DNA of 64,000 nucleotides from Chloroflexota bacterium (GCA_919901745.1 CAKKPP010000021.1:2820-66819); one strand, 5' to 3'; counted from the stretch's first letter, positions 38,228 to 47,972 are shown. The notes: generated by a model not told the origin, from the letters alone. Program-made: numbers and translations.

Positions 38228-38461
38228 ATGGATGTGACCGGCATGTTCGACGCGATCGTGGGCATCACGATCCTGGGGTTCGTGGTGACCCTGGCAATTC
38301 CCCTCGCGATCGTCATCGTCGTCATCTGGGCGATCCGGCGTGGCATGCCGGCGCGACGGGATCCGGCCGAAGAGGCCCTCCGGACGCGCCTCGCCCGAGG
38401 CGAGATCGACATGGCCGAGTACCAGGTCCGCATGCGCGCGCTGCGCCGCGAGGAGGAGTAG
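38228..38461 (+). CDS. small membrane protein with SHOCT domain
   Basis: TM segment then LRTRLARGEIDMAEY; GATACT -10-like box 8 nt upstream. Confidence 0.8.
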   Translation: MDVTGMFDAIVGITILGFVVTLAIPLAIVIVVIWAIRRGMPARRDPAEEALRTRLARGEIDMAEYQVRMRALRREEE

Positions 38462-38471
38462 GGCGGGCCTC

Positions 38472-38480
38472 TGCTAGGAT
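38472..38480 (+). promoter_or_regulatory. extended -10 (TGcTAGGAT) for efp
   Basis: Upstream of efp, which has its own GGAG RBS. Confidence 0.45.
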
Positions 38481-38552
38481 TCAGCGCCCTGCACGCATTC
38501 GACCATGACGGTCCCGTGCGCCGACCGTCATCCGAACGGAGCCCGACCCGAC

Positions 38553-39110
38553 ATGATCAGCACCAGCGACCTGCGCAAGGGCGCGGCCATCGAGCTCGAT
38601 GGCGACCTCTGGCAGATCCTCGACTATCACCACATCAAGATGGGCCGCGGCTCGGCCCAGGTCCGGATCACGTTGCGCAACATCAAGCGCGGCCAGACCG
38701 TGGAGCGATCGTTCCAGGCCGGGACGAAGTGGCCGCGCGCATCGATGGAGAAGCGCCCGATCCAGTTCCTGTACCGCGACGGCGCCGACTTCCATTTCAT
38801 GGATACCGACACGTACGACCAGTTCCAGCTCTCCGCCGAGCAGCTGGGTGACACCGCGCAGTACCTCAAGGACGGCATGACCCTCGACCGGACCAGCTAC
38901 CAGGGCGAGACGATCGGGGTCGAACTCCCGATCACGGTCGATCTCCAGATCGTCGCCTCGGAACCCGGGTTTGCCGGCGACACGCAATCCGGGGCCCGCA
39001 AGCCCGCCACCCTCGAGACCGGCCTCGTGGTCCAGGTGCCGCTGTTCATCAACGAGGGCGACACCATCCGGATCGACACCCGCACGGGCGAGTACCAGAC
39101 GCGGGTCTGA
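38553..39110 (+). CDS. efp: elongation factor P (Arg32 type)
   Basis: DLRKG, HIKMGRGSA, QFLY, GFAGDT, KPATLETG..VQVPLFI, DTRTGEY. Confidence 0.95.
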   Translation: MISTSDLRKGAAIELDGDLWQILDYHHIKMGRGSAQVRITLRNIKRGQTVERSFQAGTKWPRASMEKRPIQFLYRDGADFHFMDTDTYDQFQLSAEQLGDTAQYLKDGMTLDRTSYQGETIGVELPITVDLQIVASEPGFAGDTQSGARKPATLETGLVVQVPLFINEGDTIRIDTRTGEYQTRV

Positions 39111-39131
39111 CATGAGAGGGCTCGGCGCCGA

Positions 39132-40475
39132 ATGACCGCGCTCGACGGCCCACGGATCCTCGGGGTCGAGGAGGCCGCCCGGGCGATCCAGTCGGCCGTG
39201 CGGGCCGATGAACAGCTGCGCGACCTGTGGGTCGAGGGCGAAGTGGGGCGGGTCACCGTCTCGAGCGCAGGTCATGCGTACTTCACCCTGAAGGACGAGC
39301 GTGCCCAGCTCCAGTGCGTCTGGTTCCGCGACGACCGGCTGCGCTCGCCGTTCCAGCCTCAGGCGGGCCTTCGCGTCGTGGTCCACGGTCGGATCGATTA
39401 CTACGAGCCGCAGGGAGCGCTCCAGTTCTACGTCGAAACGCTCCAGCCGGCGGGTCTCGGCGACCTGACGCTGCGCTTCGAGGCGCTCAAGGCGAAGCTG
39501 GATGCCGAGGGCCTGTTCGCCGCGGCGCGCAAGCGACCGCTCCCGCAACGTCCGGCGGCGATCGCGGTGGTGACCAGCCCCACCGGCGCCGTCTGGCGCG
39601 ATGTCTGCCACGTGCTGAATCGGCGCTGGCCACTGGCGCGCGTGGTCCTGGTCGCCTGCCGGGTGCAGGGCGACGACGCACCGGCGAGCATCGTCGGGGC
39701 GTTCCGCCGCCTCGAGCGGTTCATCGCGGAGACGCGAGCGGACGGGGAGCCAGCAGCCTCCAACGCCCCGGCGGTCACGATCCTGGCTCGCGGCGGCGGA
39801 TCGCTCGAGGACCTCTGGGCGTTCAACGACGAGCGGGTGGTCCGGGCGGTCGTAGCCCATCCGATCCCGGTTGTGACGGGGATAGGCCACGAGGTCGACG
39901 TGACCCTGGCCGACTTTGCGGCCGACGTTCGGGCACCGACCCCGTCGGCCGCGGCCGAGCTCGTCGTCCCGGATCGCATCGAGTATCTCGGTTCACTGCG
40001 CCGCGCCGCGGATCGCCTGGAGCGCTCCGCGGCGCGTGCCACGAGTGAGGGCGCGCGCAGTCTTGCCGCCGAGCGCCGCGCCCTGGATCGACTCCACCCC
40101 GCGGTCCGGCTGGCGGCCGCGCGGGAACGGATCGGGCTGTTGCTGGACCGCGCCACCGGCGCCACGACGAGTCGACTGGATCGGGACGCCGGGACGGTTC
40201 GGCGCGTCGCCGACCGATTGCCGGCGCTCGTCGCGGCCCGAACCGGCGACGCGCGGGGTCGTCTCGATGCCGCCGGGGCCGCGCTCGCAGTGCTCGGTCC
40301 CCAGGCAACACTCGACCGCGGCTACGCCATCGTCCGACGCCGCGTGGACGGCGTCGTCGTCCGCGACCCCGCCGACAGTCCGGCCGGGACGCCGCTGACG
40401 CTGCGCGTCTCTCGCGGAGAAGTGGCGGCCACGGCCGATCCTGCCCCGGGCGGGAAGCCCGTTGCCGCTCGATGA
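39132..40475 (+). CDS. xseA: exodeoxyribonuclease VII large subunit
   Basis: WVEGEV, GHAYFTLKDE, VVTSPTGA, RGGGSLEDLWAFNDE, GIGHEVD, APTPSAAAE, TLDRGYA. Confidence 0.95.
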   Translation: MTALDGPRILGVEEAARAIQSAVRADEQLRDLWVEGEVGRVTVSSAGHAYFTLKDERAQLQCVWFRDDRLRSPFQPQAGLRVVVHGRIDYYEPQGALQFYVETLQPAGLGDLTLRFEALKAKLDAEGLFAAARKRPLPQRPAAIAVVTSPTGAVWRDVCHVLNRRWPLARVVLVACRVQGDDAPASIVGAFRRLERFIAETRADGEPAASNAPAVTILARGGGSLEDLWAFNDERVVRAVVAHPIPVVTGIGHEVDVTLADFAADVRAPTPSAAAELVVPDRIEYLGSLRRAADRLERSAARATSEGARSLAAERRALDRLHPAVRLAAARERIGLLLDRATGATTSRLDRDAGTVRRVADRLPALVAARTGDARGRLDAAGAALAVLGPQATLDRGYAIVRRRVDGVVVRDPADSPAGTPLTLRVSRGEVAATADPAPGGKPVAAR

Positions 40476-40642
40476 TCGAACTGCCCGGCCCTGCCGCCAC
40501 GCTGCTGGTGGTCGCGCTCGTCGTCACCGTGGTGCTGGTCGCCGGCTTCCGCCTTGGTATGCTCGTGGCGCCCCGCCTCAGCCGCTGGGCCGACCGAGAC
40601 GACGACGAGGAGCCCGGTGACACAGCCGACACCCGACCCTGA
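40472..40642 (+). CDS. small single-pass membrane peptide (56 aa)
   Basis: ATGA overlap with xseA; MIELPGPAATLLVVALVVTVVLVAGFRLGMLVAPRLSRWADRDDDEEPGDTADTRP; below the ORF track cutoff. Confidence 0.55.
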   Translation: MIELPGPAATLLVVALVVTVVLVAGFRLGMLVAPRLSRWADRDDDEEPGDTADTRP

Positions 40643-40913
40643 CGCGCCTGGCCCTGACGCGGCCCAGCCGATCGACCTGCTGTCCTTTGACGAGGCGCTG
40701 GCCGAACTTCAGCGTGTCGTCGGCGAGCTCGAGGCGGGCGGCATGCCGCTCGAGCGTTCGATCGCGCTCTATGAGCGAGGCGTGGCCCTGCATGAGCGCT
40801 GTGCGCGATTGCTGTCCGATGCCGAGCTGCGGATCAAGCAGCTCGTCTCACGCGCAGGCGGCGCCCTCGAGGCGCTCGACGTGACGCCCGACGATGCGCG
40901 CGAGGCCGAGTAG
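40617..40913 (+). CDS. xseB: exodeoxyribonuclease VII small subunit
   Basis: SFDEALAEL..VVGELE.G..PLERSIALYERG..L...C..LL..AE. Confidence 0.92.
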   Translation: MTQPTPDPDAPGPDAAQPIDLLSFDEALAELQRVVGELEAGGMPLERSIALYERGVALHERCARLLSDAELRIKQLVSRAGGALEALDVTPDDAREAE

Positions 40914-40939
40914 GTGGCAGCGCGGCAGGGAGGCCGAGC

Positions 40940-41137
40940 ATGTACGTGTTCTTCACGGACACGTTCTTGCAGGAATGTGCCCCACCCGTGACTACCTGGG
41001 GTAATCAGAACCGGGCTGGGCAGGCGTGGCAGTGCACCCAGAACGTCAGAATCGCTGACCCGTCACGGTCGCTGACGCCCGATCTCATTACTGGGAGTAA
41101 GAAAGGAAGGGGGCCTGAGGTCGACTCAGCTCCGTGA
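40940..41137 (+). CDS. possible small hypothetical ORF
   Basis: GGAGG RBS ahead of ATG, but atypical composition; GTGA overlap with the next small ORF. Confidence 0.3.
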   Translation: MYVFFTDTFLQECAPPVTTWGNQNRAGQAWQCTQNVRIADPSRSLTPDLITGSKKGRGPEVDSAP

Positions 41138-41346
41138 CCGACCCGCGACCGACCGCCGCCCGCCCGCCCGGCCCGAGGCTCTTGTCTGTCAACCACCTGT
41201 TCGTGCATGACGTCCAGCGGTCGAATGGTGCCGCAGGGTCCGGTCGGGCGTTCCGAACCGGGTTCGGCCCCCGACGTGTTGCCCTGGAGCCACAGCAGAT
41301 CCGCGCCATCGAGCGCCGTTTCGGGCCGGACGGACATTCGCGCTAG
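41134..41346 (+). CDS. possible small hypothetical ORF
   Basis: Only the GTGA coupling with the upstream ORF supports it; no recognisable motif. Confidence 0.25.
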   Translation: MTDPRPTAARPPGPRLLSVNHLFVHDVQRSNGAAGSGRAFRTGFGPRRVALEPQQIRAIERRFGPDGHSR

Positions 41347-41387
41347 ACTTCCGCCCGCAACCTCCTGAATCGGAGCGATCGCCACCC

Positions 41388-43418
41388 GTGTCCATTCTCG
41401 CGTCCCTTCAGGGACCAGCCGACCTGCGCCACCTGGACGACGGCCAGCTCCAGCAGCTTGCCGCCGAGATCCGCGAGACGATCATCACCACGGTTGCGAT
41501 AACCGGTGGCCATCTCGGCAGCTCGCTCGGTGTCGTCGAACTGACGATCGCCCTGCACCGACTCCTTGAATCGCCACGCGATCGGATCGTCTGGGACACC
41601 GGCCACCAGGCCTATCCGCACAAGCTGCTGACGGGGCGGCTGGACCAATTCGGCACGCTCCGCCAGATCGGGGGCGTGGGCGGGTTCCCGCGGCGCAGCG
41701 AATCCCCGCACGACGTGTTCGACGGTGGGCACGCCGGGACGGGCCTGTCGATCGCCCAGGGCCTGGCGACGGCCCGCGACCTCAAACGCAGCCACGAGCG
41801 GATTGCGGTGGTGGTCGGCGATGCCGCGCTGATGAGCGGCCTGTCGCTCGAGGCGCTCAACGACATCGGGCACCGAAAGACGCAGCTCTTGATCGTTCTC
41901 AACGACAACGAGATGTCGATCAGCCCAACGGTCGGGGCGTTTTCCAAATACCTGAGCCAGATCAAGCTCAGCCCGGCGTGGCAATCGAGCAAGACCGCCT
42001 ACGACAGCCTGGTCGAGAAGCTGCCGATCGTGGGGCCGACGGCGCTGGAGCTCAGTCAGCGCCTCCGTCGTTCGGTCGTGAACTTTGCCCAGCCGGGGCA
42101 ACTGTTCGAGGACCTCGGGATCACCTACATCGGCGTTGTTCCCGGTCACGACCTCCATGCGCTCGGCGAGACCCTGCGGGCGGCCCTTGACCTGAAGGGT
42201 CCGGTGATCGTGCACGTCCGGACGCAGAAGGGTCGCGGGTTCGATCCAGCCGTCAATGACCAGATCGGCTTTCACGGGGCTGCGCTTCCACCGATGGATC
42301 TCGGCCCGAAGGCTGACTCCGGTTCGAATTCGAGCGACGGGCCCCGGCACGCGGATGGTGATTCAGGCGAATCCATGGCCGACGACGCGACGCCCCCGGC
42401 GCGAACGCCGGCGAAGAAGCCGAACTACACCGCCGTCTTCATCGATGAGGTCATCGCCCTCGCCCGGGAAGATCCCCGAATCGTCGGCATCACTGCCGGC
42501 ATGCCGACCGGGACCGGCATGTCGAAGCTGCAGGCCGTGTTTCCCGAGCGCGTGATCGATGTCGGCATCGCCGAGCAACATGCCGTCACGCTCGCGACCG
42601 GCCTGGCCATCGGCGGGATGCGGCCAATCGTGGCCCTGTATTCGACGTTCCTCCAGCGAGCTTTCGACCAGGTCGTCCACGATGTCTGCCAGAACGACCA
42701 GCCGGTCCTGCTGGCCGTTGATCGCGCCGGGATCGTCGGCGAGGACGGGACGAGCCACCAGGGAATGTTCACGCTCCCGGCCCAGCGGCAGCTGCCCAAC
42801 CTCGTCATCGCCGCACCGCGCGACGAGCAGGAGCTCCGCTCGCTCGTCCGCACGGCGCTCGCCCAGGACCATCCATTTGCCCTGCACTACCCTCGCGATG
42901 CCGGATTCGGCCTCGATCCCGTGGAGCCGGCGATCCTTCCGGTGGGTCGTGCTGAGGTCCTCCGCGAAGGCCGCGACATCCTGTTCGTCGGCTTTGGTCC
43001 GATCGTGCAGCGCGCCTTCGATGTGGCCGATCGGTTGGCGACTGAGGGTTGGTCGATTGGCGTCGTCAACGCCCGATTTGCGAAGCCGCTCGACGTGGAC
43101 CTGATCCTCGAGCAGGCTCGCGGCAAACGATTGCTGGTGACGTTCGAAGAGAGCGTTGTCTCCGGCGGATTCGGAAGCGGCGTGCTGGAGGCCGTCGAAG
43201 CGGCGCGCGTGGCGCAGCCGGAGCTCCGCGAACTCGCCGTGCGCATCGTCGGAATCCCGGGCGATCGATTCGTCGATCACGGCTCGGCGGCCGATCTGCG
43301 TCGCCTGCTGCGTCTCGATGTCGATGGACTTGCCGCACAGGTTCGCGAGGCGTTGGCCGAGCTTGGGGCCATGCCTCGGGCGACTCCCGGTGCCGCGCCA
43401 GAACCTGCCGCCGTCTGA
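41388..43418 (+). CDS. dxs: 1-deoxy-D-xylulose-5-phosphate synthase
   Basis: GGHLGSSLGVVELT, WDTGHQAYPHK, GDAAL, NDNEMSI, DVGIAEQHA, YSTFLQRAFDQ, DRAG..GEDG.SHQG. Confidence 0.96.
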   Translation: MSILASLQGPADLRHLDDGQLQQLAAEIRETIITTVAITGGHLGSSLGVVELTIALHRLLESPRDRIVWDTGHQAYPHKLLTGRLDQFGTLRQIGGVGGFPRRSESPHDVFDGGHAGTGLSIAQGLATARDLKRSHERIAVVVGDAALMSGLSLEALNDIGHRKTQLLIVLNDNEMSISPTVGAFSKYLSQIKLSPAWQSSKTAYDSLVEKLPIVGPTALELSQRLRRSVVNFAQPGQLFEDLGITYIGVVPGHDLHALGETLRAALDLKGPVIVHVRTQKGRGFDPAVNDQIGFHGAALPPMDLGPKADSGSNSSDGPRHADGDSGESMADDATPPARTPAKKPNYTAVFIDEVIALAREDPRIVGITAGMPTGTGMSKLQAVFPERVIDVGIAEQHAVTLATGLAIGGMRPIVALYSTFLQRAFDQVVHDVCQNDQPVLLAVDRAGIVGEDGTSHQGMFTLPAQRQLPNLVIAAPRDEQELRSLVRTALAQDHPFALHYPRDAGFGLDPVEPAILPVGRAEVLREGRDILFVGFGPIVQRAFDVADRLATEGWSIGVVNARFAKPLDVDLILEQARGKRLLVTFEESVVSGGFGSGVLEAVEAARVAQPELRELAVRIVGIPGDRFVDHGSAADLRRLLRLDVDGLAAQVREALAELGAMPRATPGAAPEPAAV

Positions 43419-43427
43419 ACCGTGCCC

Positions 43428-43476
43428 GGACTCCCTCGTCGGGAGGAGTCCCGGCTGGTGGGGAGGAGTCCCCGGC
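43428..43476 (+). terminator. GC-rich hairpin after dxs with duplicated right arm
   Basis: GGACTCC (43428-34) pairs with GGAGTCC (43445-51); GGGAGGAGTCCC(C)GGC occurs at both 43441 and 43461. Confidence 0.4.
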
Positions 43477-43501
43477 AAGTCCGCTGTGCCACGATAGGCG
43501 C

Positions 43502-44374
43502 GTGAGGACCACCAAGGGCCGGGTCGACGCGGCCGGATCGAGTTCGCGCACACGTCTCGATCAGCTGCTCGTCGATCGTGGCCTGGTCGAAACGCGGTCG
43601 CGGGCCCAGGCGCTCGTGCTTGCCGGGAAGGTGCGGGTCGGGGAGGGCGATGGCGCGCGTCTCGACCGCAAGCCGGGCGAGCTTGTCGCGCTGGACGTGA
43701 CGATTGCCGTTGCCGAGCCGCCGCCATACGTCAGTCGCGGCGGCTTCAAGCTGGCGGCCGCGCTCGACGCGTTCGGGATTGACCCGTCCGGGCGGATCTG
43801 CCTCGATGTCGGGGCGTCGACCGGGGGATTCAGCGACGTGCTGTTGCAACGCGGCGCGTCACGCGTCTACGCTCTGGACGTGGGTCGCGGACAGCTTGCC
43901 GAATCGCTCCGCACGGATCCGCGGATCGTCCCGATGGAACGGACGAACGCACGCTTCCTGGCGGAGGCCTCGTTGCCCGAGGCGGTCTCGTTTGCGAGCA
44001 TCGATGTCTCGTTCATCTCGCTCGGCCTGATCCTGGGACCGACGGCATCGACCTTTGGACCGGACGGTGGCGAGATCGTGGCGCTCGTCAAGCCCCAGTT
44101 CGAGGCGGGGCGCAGCCAGGTCAAGGGCGGTGTCGTCCGCGACGCCGAGGTTCATCGCGAGGTCCTGGAGCGCGTCGCGACCCGAGCGCTCGATGCCGGC
44201 CTTCCGCCGCGCGGACTGATCGCCTCGCCGCTCACCGGCCCCGAGGGGAATCGCGAGTTCCTGCTCTGGCTTGGAGTCGAACCCGGTCACAGCGCGCCAC
44301 CGAGCGGCGGAGGAGCCGGCGCCGCGCTGCCGGCGTCGATCGTGGAGCGCATTGCCGCCGTGAGCGCGCCATGA
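43502..44374 (+). CDS. tlyA: TlyA rRNA 2'-O-methyltransferase
   Basis: S4-like RLDQLLV, YVSRGGFKL, LDVGASTGGF, DVGRGQL, DVSFISL, LVKPQFE, GPEGNREF; GTG start inferred. Confidence 0.93.
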   Translation: MRTTKGRVDAAGSSSRTRLDQLLVDRGLVETRSRAQALVLAGKVRVGEGDGARLDRKPGELVALDVTIAVAEPPPYVSRGGFKLAAALDAFGIDPSGRICLDVGASTGGFSDVLLQRGASRVYALDVGRGQLAESLRTDPRIVPMERTNARFLAEASLPEAVSFASIDVSFISLGLILGPTASTFGPDGGEIVALVKPQFEAGRSQVKGGVVRDAEVHREVLERVATRALDAGLPPRGLIASPLTGPEGNREFLLWLGVEPGHSAPPSGGGAGAALPASIVERIAAVSAP

Positions 44375-45213
44375 GTGGCCCGCGTCTCGGATTCGCTTAC
44401 AACCCGACCAACCCTGCCGCGGTCGACCTCTCCACGCGGGCCGCCACGTGGTGCGATGGGCGAGGGCTCGCCCACTGGGCGGCGCCGCCGGGCGAGTTCG
44501 AGGCCCTGATCGCGGAACTGCCGACCACGGACCTCCTCATCGTCCTCGGCGGCGATGGCACGTTCCTTCGTGCCGCTCGGGCCGTCGCGGAGATCGACGT
44601 GCCGCTCCTCGGCGTGAACCTGGGCAAGATCGGCTTCCTGTCCAAGGTCGAGGCCGCGGACATGGAATCGATCCTCGATGAACTGCTCCGGGGGGCGTAT
44701 CGGATCGACGAACGGATGATCCTCGAGGGGTTGATCCTGCGCGGGGGCAGCGGTCCGGCGGAGCGCTACATCGCGCTCAACGACGTGGTCGTCGCGCGGG
44801 GATCGCTGGCCCGTGTCGTCCGCCTCGACGTGGCCATCGACGGCACGCATCTCGCCACGTATGTCGCGGACGGCCTGGTCGTCGCCAGCCCGACCGGTTC
44901 GACCGGGTATTCGTTCTCGTCGGGTGGGCCGATCGTCGATCCGAAGAGCCGCAACATGGTGGTCACGCCCATCGCGGCCTACCTGTCGGCGATCCGCTCG
45001 ATCGTCGTCGGCCCGGACCAGGTCGTTCGTTGCCAGGTCGTTGAGGCGCATGAGGCGCTCGTCAGCATCGATGGCCGCGAGGACGTTCCGGTGGCGGTCG
45101 GCGACGTCGTCGAGGTTCGGGCGCTTGAACGGCCCATCCGTCTCGTCGAGCCCGAGAGCAGCCTGCCCTTCTGGGACCTGCTCCGTCACAAGGTGGAGTT
45201 GTTGCCCAAATGA
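44371..45213 (+). CDS. nadK: NAD(+) kinase
   Basis: GGDGTFL, GVNLGKIGFL, ALNDVV, SPTGSTGYSFSSGG. Confidence 0.93.
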   Translation: MSGPRLGFAYNPTNPAAVDLSTRAATWCDGRGLAHWAAPPGEFEALIAELPTTDLLIVLGGDGTFLRAARAVAEIDVPLLGVNLGKIGFLSKVEAADMESILDELLRGAYRIDERMILEGLILRGGSGPAERYIALNDVVVARGSLARVVRLDVAIDGTHLATYVADGLVVASPTGSTGYSFSSGGPIVDPKSRNMVVTPIAAYLSAIRSIVVGPDQVVRCQVVEAHEALVSIDGREDVPVAVGDVVEVRALERPIRLVEPESSLPFWDLLRHKVELLPK

Positions 45214-46982
45214 GCGTCGCTGCCGACGACGACTCGGCCGTTGCACCGGTGGGAGCGCTGCTGGAGCTGACGGTCACCGACCTCGCGCTCATCGAGCGCG
45301 TTCGCATCACCTTCGAGTCGGGGCTCAATGTGATCACCGGGGAGACCGGCGCCGGCAAGAGCATCCTGATCGATGCCCTCGGGCTGGCGCTCGGCGCGCG
45401 CGCCGACACGTCACTGGTCCGCCACGGAGCCGACGCCGGTCGGGTCGAGGCCCTGTTCGATCGCCTTCCGGAGCCGCTCATCGCAATTCGTGAGATCGCC
45501 GCGTCCGGCCGATCGACCGCCCGGCTCGACGACGAAACCGTCACTGCCGCCCACCTCGCCGACATCGCCGGCCCGCTGGTCGAGATTCATGGCCAGCATG
45601 ATCAACAGCGCCTGCTGGACGGGCGCCACCAGCGGGAACTGCTCGACGGCTACGGCGGCCACCTCGCCGAACGGGCGGCCATGCATGACGCGGACGAGCG
45701 CTGGCGCTCGAACCGGGCGGCTCTCACCGAGTTGGCGATCGACCCGCGTGAACTCGGCCGGCGAATCGAGCTGCTCGATCACGAGGCGGCGGAGATCGCC
45801 GCGGCACGACTCCGGCCCGGCGAGGCGGAGGAGATCCGCGAGCGCCTCCGCGCGGCACAGCACGGCGAGGCAATCGTTCGTGGCGGAGCCGCGGCCGTGG
45901 CCGCGCTCAGCGTCGACGCTGCCGGGGCCACCGGCGGGACCGGAGCCCGCGAGGCGGGGGCCCGCGAGGCGCTTGCCGTCGCCGTCCGCGAAACCCGGGG
46001 ACTTGCGCGACTGGACGCACGATTCGCGCTCCTGGTGGCGCGCCTCGAAGGGCTCGATGCCGAACTTGCCGATGTGACCGCGGAGTTCCGAACGCTGGCC
46101 GGGACCGTGGACCACGACGCGGGTACTGTCGAGCAGCTGGAGGGGCGGCTGTCGCTCATCTACGGCCTCGAGCGACGCTACGGGGAGGACGAAGCGTCGG
46201 TGATCGCCCACGGCGAGCGCGTGGCCGCGGAGTCGGCGCGCCTTGCCGACATGGACGGCGAGCGCGCCCGGCGCGCGGCGCTGGACGCCGAGCTCCTGGG
46301 AAGCGTGGCCGCGGCCGCCGCGACGCTGTCAGGCTTCCGGGCCGCGGCAGCCGACCGCCTCGCGGGCGAGGTCGGGGCGATTCTCGAGGACCTCGGCTTT
46401 CCCCGCGGGGTGTTCGACGTGGCCCTCGGGCGGCGGCCGGCGGGGCCGGACCAGGCCGCGATCGAGCTCGGCGGCGACGCGGTCGCCTTCGACGGCACCG
46501 GCGCGGACGAAGTCGTGTTTCGGATTGCCCCGAACCCGGGCGAGCCGGCGCGGCCCCTGGAGCGCATCGCGTCCGGTGGCGAGCTGTCGCGCGTGGCGCT
46601 CGCGGCGAAGCAGGTCCTGGCCGCGGCCGATGCCACCCCGACCATCGTGTTCGACGAAGTGGACGCGGGGATCGGCGGCCGGAGCGCGGACCCGATCGGA
46701 CGCAACCTGTGGCTCCTCGCCCGGCGTCATCGCGTGCTGGTCGTCACGCACCTGCCCCAGATTGCCGCGCACGCGGACGTCCACTTCCGGATCTCGAAGA
46801 GCCAACGAGACGGCCGGACGGTCACCGATGTCGAGCGACTCGACCGCGACGGTCGGATCGCCGAGCTGGCCGAGATGCTGGGTGGGGAGACGGCGCAACC
46901 CGGGCCCGCCGCCGTCGCATCGGCGCGCGAGCTGCTCGACCGAGCCGAGGGTTGGCGCGAGCGCGTCCCGGCCGGAGCCTGA
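45210..46982 (+). CDS. recN: DNA repair protein RecN
   Basis: GETGAGKSIL, EIHGQHDQ, ASGGELSR, IVFDEVDAGIGG, VTHLPQIAA. Confidence 0.94.
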   Translation: MSVAADDDSAVAPVGALLELTVTDLALIERVRITFESGLNVITGETGAGKSILIDALGLALGARADTSLVRHGADAGRVEALFDRLPEPLIAIREIAASGRSTARLDDETVTAAHLADIAGPLVEIHGQHDQQRLLDGRHQRELLDGYGGHLAERAAMHDADERWRSNRAALTELAIDPRELGRRIELLDHEAAEIAAARLRPGEAEEIRERLRAAQHGEAIVRGGAAAVAALSVDAAGATGGTGAREAGAREALAVAVRETRGLARLDARFALLVARLEGLDAELADVTAEFRTLAGTVDHDAGTVEQLEGRLSLIYGLERRYGEDEASVIAHGERVAAESARLADMDGERARRAALDAELLGSVAAAAATLSGFRAAAADRLAGEVGAILEDLGFPRGVFDVALGRRPAGPDQAAIELGGDAVAFDGTGADEVVFRIAPNPGEPARPLERIASGGELSRVALAAKQVLAAADATPTIVFDEVDAGIGGRSADPIGRNLWLLARRHRVLVVTHLPQIAAHADVHFRISKSQRDGRTVTDVERLDRDGRIAELAEMLGGETAQPGPAAVASARELLDRAEGWRERVPAGA

Positions 46983-46988
46983 AGGGGC

Positions 46989-47972
46989 GTGCCGGCCACC
47001 GGCGGCCCGCCGCCACGGGGCGCATCGCCGCCACCGGACGGATCGCCGCCACGGGGCGGATCGCCATCGATCGACGTGGTCGTCGCGTCGTTCCTCGACT
47101 ACCTCAAGGTCGAGCGCGGAGTCGCCGCAGCCACGATCCGGGCGTACCGGAGCGATCTCGCCGACTTCGCCGCCGCCCGCGACGTCGGTCGCGCATGGGC
47201 GCGATCGGCCGAGCCCGCGATCGACTATCTCGCCGCGCGCGCCCGTCGCGGCCGGCCGCGCGACCCCGGTCTTGCCCCCACCAGCCTGCGCCGCCGCGCG
47301 GCCGCCATCCGGGCGTTCTACCGCTTCGCCTTCGGTGAAGGTCTCATCGCCACCGACGTCGCGGCGCACCTCGATCTGCCACGCCAGCCGCGCCTCCTCC
47401 CCGACACGCTCACGGTGGCGGAGACGGAGCGGCTCATCGAAGCCGCGGGTGGGAACGAACGATCCCGCGAGCGTGCCCTCCTCGAGCTGTTGTACGCAGC
47501 CGGCCTGCGCGTATCCGAAGCGCTCGGGCTCGATCGCGAGGATCTCTCGCTCGAGGGTGCGTTCGTGCGCGTGATCGGCAAGGGCGATCGTGAGCGACTC
47601 GTTCCGGTCGGCGACATCGCCCTCGACTGGCTTCGTTCGTGGATCGACGGTCCACGCTCGGAACTGCTGACGCCCGAGGCAGCGGCCGCGCGAGGTGGCC
47701 CGCTCTTCATCGGAGATCGAGGTCGGCGCCTTGCCCGACAGCAGGCCTGGTCGATGGTCCGTGCCGCGGCCGTGACCGCCGGCCTGTCGAGTCGCGTGAG
47801 TCCGCACACCCTCCGTCACTCCTTCGCGACGCACATGCTGGAAGGCGGCGCCGACCTGCGCGTCGTCCAGGAGTTGTTGGGACATGCGAGTATCAGCACG
47901 ACGCAGCTGTACACGCACCTGACCGGGGAACGGATCCGGGAGGTCTACGCTCGAGCCCATCCGCGGGCCTGA
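46989..47972 (+). CDS. xerD: tyrosine recombinase XerD (true start may be ~25 codons later)
   Basis: FLDYLKVERG, TIRAYRSDL, GLRVSE, GKGDRERLVP, SPHTLRHSFATHMLEGGADLR, LLGHASISTTQLYTH. Confidence 0.88.
   Translation: MPATGGPPPRGASPPPDGSPPRGGSPSIDVVVASFLDYLKVERGVAAATIRAYRSDLADFAAARDVGRAWARSAEPAIDYLAARARRGRPRDPGLAPTSLRRRAAAIRAFYRFAFGEGLIATDVAAHLDLPRQPRLLPDTLTVAETERLIEAAGGNERSRERALLELLYAAGLRVSEALGLDREDLSLEGAFVRVIGKGDRERLVPVGDIALDWLRSWIDGPRSELLTPEAAAARGGPLFIGDRGRRLARQQAWSMVRAAAVTAGLSSRVSPHTLRHSFATHMLEGGADLRVVQELLGHASISTTQLYTHLTGERIREVYARAHPRA

Noticed and set aside
46989-47972. Second tyrosine recombinase as the integrase of the tRNA-Pro islet
   Set aside because: XerD-type motifs in the usual recN...xerD...scpAB neighbourhood and ~12 kb from the islet.
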